Assembly: GCA_963513695.1 (NCBI GenBank)
Contig: CAUPRL010000014.1
Span: 14,050-78,049 of the forward strand
Source: an uncultured Flavobacterium sp.
GTDB taxonomy: Bacteria; Bacteroidota; Bacteroidia; Flavobacteriales; Flavobacteriaceae
Length of the DNA: 64,000 nt
Direction of reading: 5' to 3'
Shown here: piece by piece, positions 28,608 through 38,200 of the stretch
Layout: each line of letters begins with the position of its first letter
How positions within the stretch are numbered: the first letter of the stretch is position 1
Made by a program: the position numbers and the translations under genes
Notes under the pieces: model-generated
Databases searched by the model: none
Told to the model about the DNA's origin: nothing
What the model saw: only the letters and a program-made list of their open reading frames with translations

Positions 28608-29495
28608 ATGAAGACAAAATTCTTTTCTCTAGGTTTTTTTGCTGTAGCATTATTTTTTTCAGCAAAAGTTTCATCTCAAACTGTTGGAACAATGACATAC
28701 ACATTTACAACTGTAAAAATCGGGTCTAATACCAAGCAAGTTATGGGCGTATGGGTTGAAAATGCTGCCGGTACTTTCATCAAAACAAGATTACTCTACA
28801 CAACTTCTACAAAAACTGACGATCATTTTCCAGTTCTAAGTGCAAAGAATGGAGCGACTGCCGCCAGTACAGCAGACTCGGCAGGTATGGATGTTACTTC
28901 GGGCGATAATACAGGAGCGGGACCTGGCGGTATTAATGCAGTAACTGGGGCGACTCGTTCAAGTACTACTTCTCCTGTTGCTTGGGGTTCGTATTCGGTT
29001 GCTTGGGATGGTACAAATTCTTCTTCAGTTGCAGTTGCAGATGGTATTTACAAAATTTGGGTTGAGTTGACTGCCGATGGCAATGCTGCATCCGATGCCC
29101 ATGATTTTATTAATACGGGGTATTCTTTCACAAAAGGAGCCTCAGTTTATGACACAAACATCTCTTCTCCTATTGCTAATAATACCGTTTTGACTTCAAA
29201 TAGAATTGTCTGGACACCATCGGCTTTGAGTCTTGATAGCGTATACAAAACAAAAATAGCTATCTATCCTAACCCAAGTAATGGAGTAATAAATGTGAAT
29301 TACAATGATATTCCTGTAAGCAAAATAGATGTAGTCAATGTTTTAGGGCAAGTAGTAAAATCAATAAAACTAGACACATCTTCATCAGAGACCACAGAAA
29401 GTATTGATTTGTCAGGGAATGCAAATGGACTATACATTATTAATGTTTCTACCAATGAAACTTCATCTAGTTATAAGGTAGTTTTAGATAAATAA
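28608..29495 (+). CDS. Secreted DUF2271-like protein with an ApbE-type flavinylation motif and a T9SS type-A C-terminal sorting domain
   Basis: Has a Sec signal peptide. GVWVENAAGTFIKT and VAWDGTNSSSVAVADGIYKIWVE resemble DUF2271. NAVTGATRS is a [S/T]GA[S/T] motif with T116 at nt 28953-28955. The C-terminus KIAIYPNPSNGVINV...GLYIINV...YKVVLDK is a Por secretion tail. Confidence 0.7.
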   Translation: MKTKFFSLGFFAVALFFSAKVSSQTVGTMTYTFTTVKIGSNTKQVMGVWVENAAGTFIKTRLLYTTSTKTDDHFPVLSAKNGATAASTADSAGMDVTSGDNTGAGPGGINAVTGATRSSTTSPVAWGSYSVAWDGTNSSSVAVADGIYKIWVELTADGNAASDAHDFINTGYSFTKGASVYDTNISSPIANNTVLTSNRIVWTPSALSLDSVYKTKIAIYPNPSNGVINVNYNDIPVSKIDVVNVLGQVVKSIKLDTSSSETTESIDLSGNANGLYIINVSTNETSSSYKVVLDK

Positions 29496-29549
29496 TATAT
29501 TATTACAAATAGAAAAAAAAGCATTGGTCAGTTTTGATTGATGCTTTTT

Positions 29550-30557
29550 TTATTCTCCAACCTCAGATAATATGGTTTTCAAACCAGGAGTTTCGTAAAC
29601 CTGATAATTTCCATAGCCATCGGAATAAATCAAATAGGCTTGCAATTCTGGATGTTTCTTCAAAAAAACTTTGGCTTTTTCAAGTCCCAAAACGAGGACA
29701 CCTGTTGCATAAGCGTCAGATATCATACATTTTTTAGCGAAAATTGAAACGCTTAATAAATTGTTTTTTGTGGGATATCCCGTTTTGGGATCAATATGAT
29801 GTACATATTTTACACCATCTTCCATAGTGAATCTGCGATAGTTTCCCGAAGTGGCTACAGCCATGTCCTCTAATTTAGCGATAGCTTTTAGGGAATTTAT
29901 TGTTTCTTTATTGTCGATCGGTTTTTCAATACCTATTTTCCAATTACTGCCATCTGAATTTCTGCCTTTTGCATAGACTTCTCCACCTATTTCGACGATG
30001 TATGCCGCTATACCTCTAGAATTTAAAAAATCCGAAACCACATCTACAGAATAGCCTTGGGCAAATGCGTTAAAATCCAAAGCTACTCTTGGGTCTTTTT
30101 TGATGACTTGATTTCCTTTCAATTCAATTAATTGAAAGTCAACAAAATTAAGAATACTGTCAATTTTTGATTTTTCTAACTTTTGTTTCTTACCGGGTCC
30201 AAACCCGTACGCATTTACAAGGGGATAAACGGTGGGGTCAAAAGCTCCATTAGTATTTTTCCAAACTTCCTTGGCCTTCTTAAAACACGCTTTAAAATAG
30301 TTGTCAACAATTACATTTTTATCATTAGAATTGATTCTAGAAATGATAGAATTGGGGATATAAGTGGAAACAGACAAATCGAAATTTTTAAGAATCTTTT
30401 CAATTTCTGGCTGAAAATTTCTGTTTTTAGCATCAAAATAAGTGATATGATAGGTTGTGCCCTGAGCATTTCCCTCAATTTTCATCGGTGAGGATTGACC
30501 ATAAATAGCTGCCGTAATTAGCCCTATAAATCCAAAACAAAACCTAATCTTTTCCAT
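29550..30557 (-). CDS. apbE: FAD:protein FMN transferase
   Basis: 335 aa with a signal peptide. The ApbE-family pattern includes VATSGNYRRF and ISDAYATG. Confidence 0.88.
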   Translation of the reverse strand: MEKIRFCFGFIGLITAAIYGQSSPMKIEGNAQGTTYHITYFDAKNRNFQPEIEKILKNFDLSVSTYIPNSIISRINSNDKNVIVDNYFKACFKKAKEVWKNTNGAFDPTVYPLVNAYGFGPGKKQKLEKSKIDSILNFVDFQLIELKGNQVIKKDPRVALDFNAFAQGYSVDVVSDFLNSRGIAAYIVEIGGEVYAKGRNSDGSNWKIGIEKPIDNKETINSLKAIAKLEDMAVATSGNYRRFTMEDGVKYVHHIDPKTGYPTKNNLLSVSIFAKKCMISDAYATGVLVLGLEKAKVFLKKHPELQAYLIYSDGYGNYQVYETPGLKTILSEVGE

Positions 30558-30616
30558 AATTTCTAATGAATTAGAATATGTACATTTATTTTTTCTGACA
30601 AAAAAACACGAACTCC

Positions 30617-31660
30617 CTAGTAACTTGATTCATCTAATTGTACTTTCCCATTGAAAGTTTTGTATAAAAATAAAAAATAAAAAGCTAGCAATGGTGCACC
30701 AATCAAGACAATTGTGAGCATAATTCCCAAAGATTTCTGAGAAGAAGCCGCATTATAAATAGTAATACTATACTGAGAATCAATCGTTGAAAGCAATAAA
30801 GTCGGATACAACTGAAAGGCAACCAGCATCAACAAAAAGGCCATGGTCAATGATGAAAAAACTAAGGCTAGAAAATACTTCTTTTTGGAAACCAATCGAG
30901 GCACATTGGCAACAGCTAAAAAGGACAAAACAGGCAAAACAAAAAACAAAGGATTTTCTTTGAATTTATCAGTAACTCCAGGTATAAAAATCAATGTATA
31001 CAGAGAAGTAATAGAAAAACTGGTAATAAAGAATATCATTCCTTTTTTTAATAAAAAAGTCAATCTGGCGTGCAATCTACCCTCGGTTTTTAACAATAAA
31101 AAAATACCACCTTGAGTCATAAAAATAGACAAAGTGGTGCATCCTGTCATTAGTGCATAAGGACTTAAAAAGGATAAAAATATTCCTCCGTGGTAACTAT
31201 AGTTTGCCCCTATTTCAAAACCTTGAATGACATTTCCTAAAACCACGCCCAACAAAAAAGCAATTGAGATATTGGAAACGGAATAAATAATATCCCAAGT
31301 CTTTCGCCACCATAACATTTTTTCAGCGCTCCTAAACTTGATAGCCGACGAACGTAAAACTAGCATCATCAAAAACAACATAAATGGAATATACATTGCG
31401 GATAACATGGTAGCATACATCACTGGAAATCCAGCAAACAACGCACCTCCACCAATAATTAACCAAACTTGATTGGCATCCCAAATGGGGCCAATTGCAT
31501 TAATAGCGATACGTCTGCTTTCGTCTTTCCTAAAAAATAAATGCCAAGAACCTGCGCCATAATCAAATCCTTCTAAAATAGCATAACCTGAAAACAACAA
31601 TCCAACTACTAAATACCAAAGGGTAGGGTAATCTATTCCTAAAAAAGTTTCCATAATCAC
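30617..31660 (-). CDS. cydB: Cytochrome bd ubiquinol oxidase subunit II
   Basis: 347 aa and polytopic. It starts 5 nt after cydA and has a typical CydB N-terminus (LWYLVVGLLFSGYAILEGFDYGAG). Confidence 0.9.
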   Translation of the reverse strand: MIMETFLGIDYPTLWYLVVGLLFSGYAILEGFDYGAGSWHLFFRKDESRRIAINAIGPIWDANQVWLIIGGGALFAGFPVMYATMLSAMYIPFMLFLMMLVLRSSAIKFRSAEKMLWWRKTWDIIYSVSNISIAFLLGVVLGNVIQGFEIGANYSYHGGIFLSFLSPYALMTGCTTLSIFMTQGGIFLLLKTEGRLHARLTFLLKKGMIFFITSFSITSLYTLIFIPGVTDKFKENPLFFVLPVLSFLAVANVPRLVSKKKYFLALVFSSLTMAFLLMLVAFQLYPTLLLSTIDSQYSITIYNAASSQKSLGIMLTIVLIGAPLLAFYFLFLYKTFNGKVQLDESSY

Positions 31661-31665
31661 TCCTA

Positions 31666-33015
31666 TTAAATACTTTTCAATTGATTTTGAACATCATCAT
31701 CATACGGACCATGTTTAATTTTCTTATTTAGGGAGTACAAAAACAACGCAAATAAAACCGAATAAACAAATAGAAATAAAAACAATGAAAACAAAATTTG
31801 ATTGGCAGATACTTCTTGCGAAAAGCCTTCACTAGTTCTTAAATGTCCGTAAACTATCCATGGTTGCCTCCCCATTTCAGCAGCGAACCAACCTGCTTGA
31901 TTGGCGATTTGTGGCAATAATACCGAGAAAGAAAAGATCCACATAAGCCATTTGGTGTCGAACAATCTTCCCCTCCACCACAAAAAGCAAGCATAAAATG
32001 TGAGTGCAATCAAAAACATTCCGATGGAAATCATAATGTGATAAAATTGAAATACAGCATTTACTTGACTGGGTCGGTCCTCTTTAGGGAAGGAATTCAA
32101 TCCTATAATTGGTTTTTTAAAATCTTGATGAACCAAAAAAGATAAACCACCTGGGACAGCTATGCCAGTCACTTCTTGCGTTTTATTATTCACCCAACCT
32201 GCCAGATACAAATCGGCTGGAGCTGATTTCGCATAATGTCCTTCCATAGCAGCTAATTTTGCCGGTTGATTTACCGCAACGCCGTCTGCTGAACTATGCC
32301 CAGAAAGCAATTGAGTAAAAGAAACCACGGTGGCAACTATCAATGCAATTTTGAATGCTTTTTTTGAAACTTCTATAAATATTCCTTTCCGAATATAATA
32401 GGCATGAACACTCAAAACCATAAACGCGCCCGCCAAAAAAGCGCCTTGCCATACATGGACAATGCGGTCTGCACTCGAAGGGTTAAAAACCATAGCCCAA
32501 AAATCGGTTACTTCGGCCCGTGCGGATAATCCCTCGCCTACGATATGATAGCCAGCTGGTGTTTGTTGCCAACTGTTGGCTACTACAATCCAAACTGCTG
32601 AAAACATTGACCCTAAAAAAACTCCAATTGTCGAAATAAAATGGACTCTTGGTGAGACTCTATTCCATCCAAAAATTAATATTCCCAAAAACGTACTTTC
32701 AAGTCCGAAAGCAAATAAACCTTCGGCGGCTAATGCACTGCCAAAGATATCGCCAACATATCTGGAATAAACTGCCCAGTTCGTTCCAAATTCAAATTCC
32801 ATGATAATACCTGTCGCAACCCCAATTCCGAAGGTTATAGCAAAGATTTTCAACCAAAACTTAGTTAAAATTTCATAGTGTTTGGACCCGGTTTTCAAAT
32901 ATAATCCTTCCATTATTACCATAATCAACCCTATTCCTATACTCAAAGGCGGATAAATATAATGGAATGCAATAGTGAAGACAAACTGAATTCGTGCTAA
33001 TATTTCAACGTCCAT
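31666..33015 (-). CDS. cydA: Cytochrome bd ubiquinol oxidase subunit I
   Basis: 449 aa. The N-terminus ARIQFVFTIAFHYIYPPLSIG and the block AAEMGRQPWIVYG are CydA signatures. Confidence 0.92.
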   Translation of the reverse strand: MDVEILARIQFVFTIAFHYIYPPLSIGIGLIMVIMEGLYLKTGSKHYEILTKFWLKIFAITFGIGVATGIIMEFEFGTNWAVYSRYVGDIFGSALAAEGLFAFGLESTFLGILIFGWNRVSPRVHFISTIGVFLGSMFSAVWIVVANSWQQTPAGYHIVGEGLSARAEVTDFWAMVFNPSSADRIVHVWQGAFLAGAFMVLSVHAYYIRKGIFIEVSKKAFKIALIVATVVSFTQLLSGHSSADGVAVNQPAKLAAMEGHYAKSAPADLYLAGWVNNKTQEVTGIAVPGGLSFLVHQDFKKPIIGLNSFPKEDRPSQVNAVFQFYHIMISIGMFLIALTFYACFLWWRGRLFDTKWLMWIFSFSVLLPQIANQAGWFAAEMGRQPWIVYGHLRTSEGFSQEVSANQILFSLFLFLFVYSVLFALFLYSLNKKIKHGPYDDDVQNQLKSI

Positions 33016-33055
33016 AATTTGTGTTTAAATTATATAAAATTCATCGTCCAAATAG

Positions 33056-33100
33056 TTCGCCTAAGCATCAGAGCTTGTAGCATGCTCGACTTAGTGCGAA
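33056..33100 (-). other. GC-rich three-helix hairpin in the cydA upstream region
   Basis: Pairings are TTCGC/GCGAA, CTAAG/CTTAG and GAGC/GCTC, 14 bp in total with one bulge. It lies 41-85 nt upstream of the cydA ATG and is not followed by a U-run. Confidence 0.4.
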
Positions 33101-33190
33101 AATAGTAATCTTCTAAAATGCAACATTAAAATCAAATCTTTACATGCATTTCTAGTGATCTAGCTATTGCAAGTAATAGTCACTTCCTCA

Positions 33191-33215
33191 AAAAGACTTA
33201 AAAATCTTGTCTTTT
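33191..33215 (-). terminator. Probable argS terminator
   Basis: AAAAGAC-loop-GTCTTTT; on the minus strand a T-run follows the stem. Confidence 0.5.
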
Positions 33216-33237
33216 AAAGCAATAATTAAATCAAAAA

Positions 33238-35016
33238 CTACATCCTTTCTGGAACGTCAATTCCTAACAATTGAAATGCCAAAGCTATGGTATCAGCCAC
33301 TTTTTTAGAAAGTTGCACTCTGAATATTTTTTTGTCTAAATCTTCTTCACCTAAAATTGAAACTGCTTGGTAAAAGGAATTGTATTCTCGAACCAAATCA
33401 TAAGTATAATTCGCAATCAAAGCTGGACTGTGATTTTGAGCCGCATTTTGAATCACTTCTGGAAACAATTCGAGCTGCTTTATCAATTCTTTTTCTTTTT
33501 CGTGTAAGATTGTAATGCTGCTTGGTGCAGTAAAATCGAAATTGGCTTTGCGAATAATCGACTGAATTCTAGCATAAGTATATTGAATAAACGAACCTGT
33601 ATTCCCAGCAAAATCTACTGATTCAGCTGGGTCAAAAAGGATTCGTTTTTTTGGATCGACTTTCAAAATGTAATACTTCAAAGCACCTAGTCCAATTGTT
33701 TTGTAAAGTTTTGATTTTTCTTCAACAGAATAACCGTCTAGTTTTCCTAGATCTTCTGCAATATTCTGAGCTGTATCGGTCATTTCCTGCATCAAATCAT
33801 CAGCATCTACAACAGTTCCCTCTCTAGATTTCATTTTTCCAGAAGGCAAATCGACCATCCCATAAGATAAATGATAGAGATTTTCCGACCAATCGAAACC
33901 CAATTTTTTCAAGATTAAAAACAATACTTTGAAATGGTAATCTTGCTCATTTCCTACGGTATAAACCATCCCTCCCACATCTGGAAAATCCTTCACACGC
34001 TGAATGGCTGTTCCAATATCTTGTGTCATATAAACCGCAGTTCCGTCTGAACGCAATACTATTTTTCTGTCTAAACCTTCGTCAGTCAAATCAATCCAAA
34101 CCGAACCATCAGGATCTTTTTCGAAAATACCCTTTTCTAAACCTATTTGAACTACATCTTTCCCTAACAAATAAGTATTGCTTTCGTAGTAATATTGATC
34201 GAAATCGACTCCCAAATTTTTATAAGTTGTTGCAAAACCATCATAAACCCACTGATTCATTTTTTTCCACAACGCAATTACTTCAACATCGCCAGCTTCC
34301 CATTTTAGCAGCATTTCTTGGGCTTCTAAGATGATTGGCGCTTGTTTTTTGGCCTCATCTTCGGTTTTTCCTTCGGCAATTAATTGATTGATTTCTTCTT
34401 TAAACGCTTTGTCAAAAGCAACATAATAATTCCCAACCAATTTGTCTCCTTTTAATCCGGTTGATTCTGGAGTTGCACCCTTTCCAAATTTTTTCCAAGC
34501 CAACATCGACTTGCAAATATGAATGCCTCGATCGTTGATGATTTGCGTTTTATATACTTTTTTACCTGAAGCTTTTAGAATTTCCGCAACAGAATAACCC
34601 AAAAGATTATTACGAACGTGTCCTAAATGTAAAGGTTTATTGGTGTTTGGTGAAGAATATTCAACCATTATTGCTTTTTCTTCTGGGCTGGGCGTAACAA
34701 AACCAAATTTTTCGTCTGTTCGAATTTCATTGAAAAAATTCAAATAGTATTCATCTGAAATTACTATATTCAAAAAGCCTGAAACTACATTAAAACGGCT
34801 CACTTCGGGAACATTATCGACCAAATAGTTGCCTATTTTATTTCCTAATTCAACTGGGTTGCTTTTGATGACTTTCAATAGAGGAAAAATCACCATCGTT
34901 ATATCACCTTCAAATTCCTTGCGTGTGGATTGAAATTCAACTTTATCGATAGTGATATCAAATAATGTAAAAACTGCTTTTTCTATTGAGGGCGTAAGAA
35001 TCTGTGATAAGGTCAT
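33238..35016 (-). CDS. argS: Arginine--tRNA ligase
   Basis: 592 aa. Contains SSPNTNKPLHLGHVRN (HIGH region) and a class I core plus a DALR-type C-terminal domain ending in M. Confidence 0.95.
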   Translation of the reverse strand: MTLSQILTPSIEKAVFTLFDITIDKVEFQSTRKEFEGDITMVIFPLLKVIKSNPVELGNKIGNYLVDNVPEVSRFNVVSGFLNIVISDEYYLNFFNEIRTDEKFGFVTPSPEEKAIMVEYSSPNTNKPLHLGHVRNNLLGYSVAEILKASGKKVYKTQIINDRGIHICKSMLAWKKFGKGATPESTGLKGDKLVGNYYVAFDKAFKEEINQLIAEGKTEDEAKKQAPIILEAQEMLLKWEAGDVEVIALWKKMNQWVYDGFATTYKNLGVDFDQYYYESNTYLLGKDVVQIGLEKGIFEKDPDGSVWIDLTDEGLDRKIVLRSDGTAVYMTQDIGTAIQRVKDFPDVGGMVYTVGNEQDYHFKVLFLILKKLGFDWSENLYHLSYGMVDLPSGKMKSREGTVVDADDLMQEMTDTAQNIAEDLGKLDGYSVEEKSKLYKTIGLGALKYYILKVDPKKRILFDPAESVDFAGNTGSFIQYTYARIQSIIRKANFDFTAPSSITILHEKEKELIKQLELFPEVIQNAAQNHSPALIANYTYDLVREYNSFYQAVSILGEEDLDKKIFRVQLSKKVADTIALAFQLLGIDVPERM

Positions 35017-35037
35017 TTTATATTGATTTTAAGGCTG

Positions 35038-35045
35038 CAAATATA
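35038..35045 (-). promoter_or_regulatory. Candidate -7 promoter box for argS
   Basis: The plus strand reads CAAATATA, so the minus strand reads TATATTTG. It lies 21 nt from the ATG. Confidence 0.45.
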
Positions 35046-35233
35046 AGGATTTCCGTCGAAAATTGTAGGCAGTTTTTGCTGAAATAAATAGTTATAGTTT
35101 CCGTTAATACAATTTAAAGAATACAGAAAATAGCAAATAGTAATTGTTATAAAACAAAACTTTAACGGTTTAATTTGTTTGTTTTATCGAAGAAATTATT
35201 TTTTGTACCTATAATATTATAATTTTACCCAAA

Positions 35234-38200
35234 ATGCAAAGCCCAATGAAAAATAGCCTTCTGATTATACTTTCACTTTTTTGGATTGGGTGTTTTTCGC
35301 AAACCATTACCGTAGACACAAGCACTTATACTGTTCCTCAATTAGTTACAGATGTTTTGGTTAATAAATCTTGTGTTCCTGTAAGTAACATTAGTTGGAG
35401 AACTGGAACTAATTTTGGTTCTTCGAACGGAATAGGATATTTTGAAAACACCAATCCGTTATTTCCACTTTCGAGTGGTGTAATTTTGAGTACGGGCAAT
35501 GTTGCAAATGCTCCAGGACCCAATACAATGGATCTTAATGACGGAAATGCCGCTTGGACTGGCGATGCTGATTTGGAAGCAACCTTATTAGCATCAGGAA
35601 TCAGTGTAAATTCGACAAATGCAACCGTTTTGGAATTTGACTTTGTTCCTTTATCTTCAAATTTTGACTTTCGCTTTTTATTTGCGTCTGAAGAATATGG
35701 TAATTTCCAATGCCAATTTTCAGATGCTTTTACCTTTTTGCTTACAAACAATGCGACTGGAGTGACTACAAATCTTGCCGTCGTGCCTGGTACTTCAACA
35801 CCAATATCAGTTACTACTATTAGAGATTTTATATATAATTCCTCCTGTCCATCTGTAAATTCGACTTATTTTGGAGCATTCAATGGCGGTTCTGATGCAG
35901 CAAGTTCTGCCACAAATTTCAATGGCCAAACCGTAGTAATGAGTGCATCATCAAACAGTTTGATTCCAAATACAAACTACCACATAAAATTGGTGATTGC
36001 TGACCGACAAGACAGCCAATCGGATTCTGCAATATTTTTAGGTGCCAATAGCTTCAATGTTGGGCAAGATGTTCTAGGTCCAGATTTAACTATTGCTGCA
36101 AATACAGCCATTTGTCATAACGGTTCACATACGCTTATTTCAGGATTGAATCCAGCCATCTATTCATTTGCTTGGACCTACAATGGAAACCCTATAGGAG
36201 GAAACACACCTGATTTGATTGTAACCCAACCTGGCACCTACGGACTTACTTATACGGTCATTGCAACCTCGTGCCCAGTTACCACCGATTATATCAACGT
36301 TGAATTTTATCCCCAAATTATAACGCCTGACCCTTTAAATTTGTTTAAATGCAATTCAGGACTTCCAAGTTATACTTTTGATTTGTCGATTAACACTCCA
36401 ATAGTTAGCATTCCCGGAACACAAATAAGCTATCATTCATCAGTAGCAAATGCAACTTCAAATAGTAGTCCACTTCCAACTGTTTTAACCTTTCCAACAG
36501 CTCTTTTACCTGCTCCAATATGGGTAAGAATCGAAGACACTTATTCGAAATGTTTTATTACAAAATCTTTCCAATTAGGAATAACACCTCCTCCTCTTGC
36601 CAACAAACCAGCTGACATTACGCTATGCGAAACTACACCAGGTACAAATACTGCTAATTTTAATATTGGCGGACAAACGTCGACTGTATTGGGCGGACAA
36701 TCATCAACAATTTATGATGTTTCTTACTATTCAAATGCTGCCGATGCCAATGCTGGCATGAATCCAATAAATACGTCTGCACCATTTACCTCTGGAAGTA
36801 AGACCCTTTTTGCAAGAATTCAAACTACTACCGATCCGACTTGCTTCAGCACAACCAATTTTAAAATTGTAGTCATTCCGAGACCTGTTCTAGACCAAAG
36901 AATAAATCAATTTGTTTGTGGAAGTTACACTTTACCTCCATTAGTAAACCCTGGTAATTACTATTCAGGTCCAAACCAAGGCCTTCCAATTTTGAATGCT
37001 GGAGATGTAATCACAACAGACCAAATTGTTTATCTTTTTAGTACTACATCAGGAACTCCAAGTTGCCCTATTGAAAGTAGTTTTTATGTGACCATAGTCG
37101 AACCTTTAGATGCTGACCCTACCGATTTAACAGTTTGCGACCAATATCAATTACCTACTACCCCTTTTGGTCTTCGCTATTTTTCATTGCCGGGAGGTCC
37201 GAGTGGCGGTGGAACCGAATATCCCGGAGGAACTATAATAACCACGGTTGGAACAACTACAATTTACACCTATTTTGAATCGACAGATATTGCTAATCCC
37301 TGCATTCTTGAAGGTCAATTTAACATCACTATTGATTTAACACCTATAATTGCTCCAATTGCCAATGTTTTTGAATGTAGTTCCTACAGTTTGCCACCAC
37401 TGACAGTGGGCGATTATTACACTTATGACACTGTTACAGGAATATACACGCCAGCAATTTCCCCAATAACCACGACTACCACGCTCTATGTTTTTGCAAC
37501 AAACAATTTATGCAGAACACCTAATACCGTCTTTACAGTTTACATTGGTAGCTTTGGTTTTACAGATGTTATCGAATGCGTTTCTTATACTTTGTCGCCA
37601 GCTCCTGTTGGCGAATATCGTGATGCTCCAAATGGAGGAGGAAACTTGGTACTGCCCGGACTAATTTCGAGTACCATACAAATATTTACTTATGTACCAG
37701 GAGCAGCCTGCGCAACCGATTCCTTTACCATTACCATAAATGCTCCATTTCTTACTACACCAACAAATGTCAATGCTTGCGATAGTTTCCTATTACCAAC
37801 TCAAAGTGAAGGCGGCAATTATTATAGCTTAGCTGGAGGTCCATCAACACCAGGAAATGTAGAATTGATTCCAAATAGTACCTTAACAACCACTCAAACA
37901 ATATATATTTATAAAGCATCAACAATTGTTGCGGGTTGCTACAATGAAATACCTTGGACCATTACTGTCAGCAAAAAACCAAAAATTGATTCTCGAGCCA
38001 ATGTTGACCAATGCAATTCGTATGTATTAAGTCCATTGAAAAATGGAGCCTATTTTGATGACCCAAATGGGGTGAATCCCATCCCCGCCGGAACGATGAT
38101 AAGTGCTAACAATAGAATCTATATTTATGCGGCCAACCCAAGCGACCCAAGTTGTTTTAACGAAAACTTTTTTGATATTTCCATAAATGGAGTGGAAGCC

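Noticed and set aside
30558-30616. A CydX-like small subunit gene after cydB.
   Set aside because: No ATG-initiated hydrophobic mini-ORF fits in the 59-nt gap or overlaps the cydB end.
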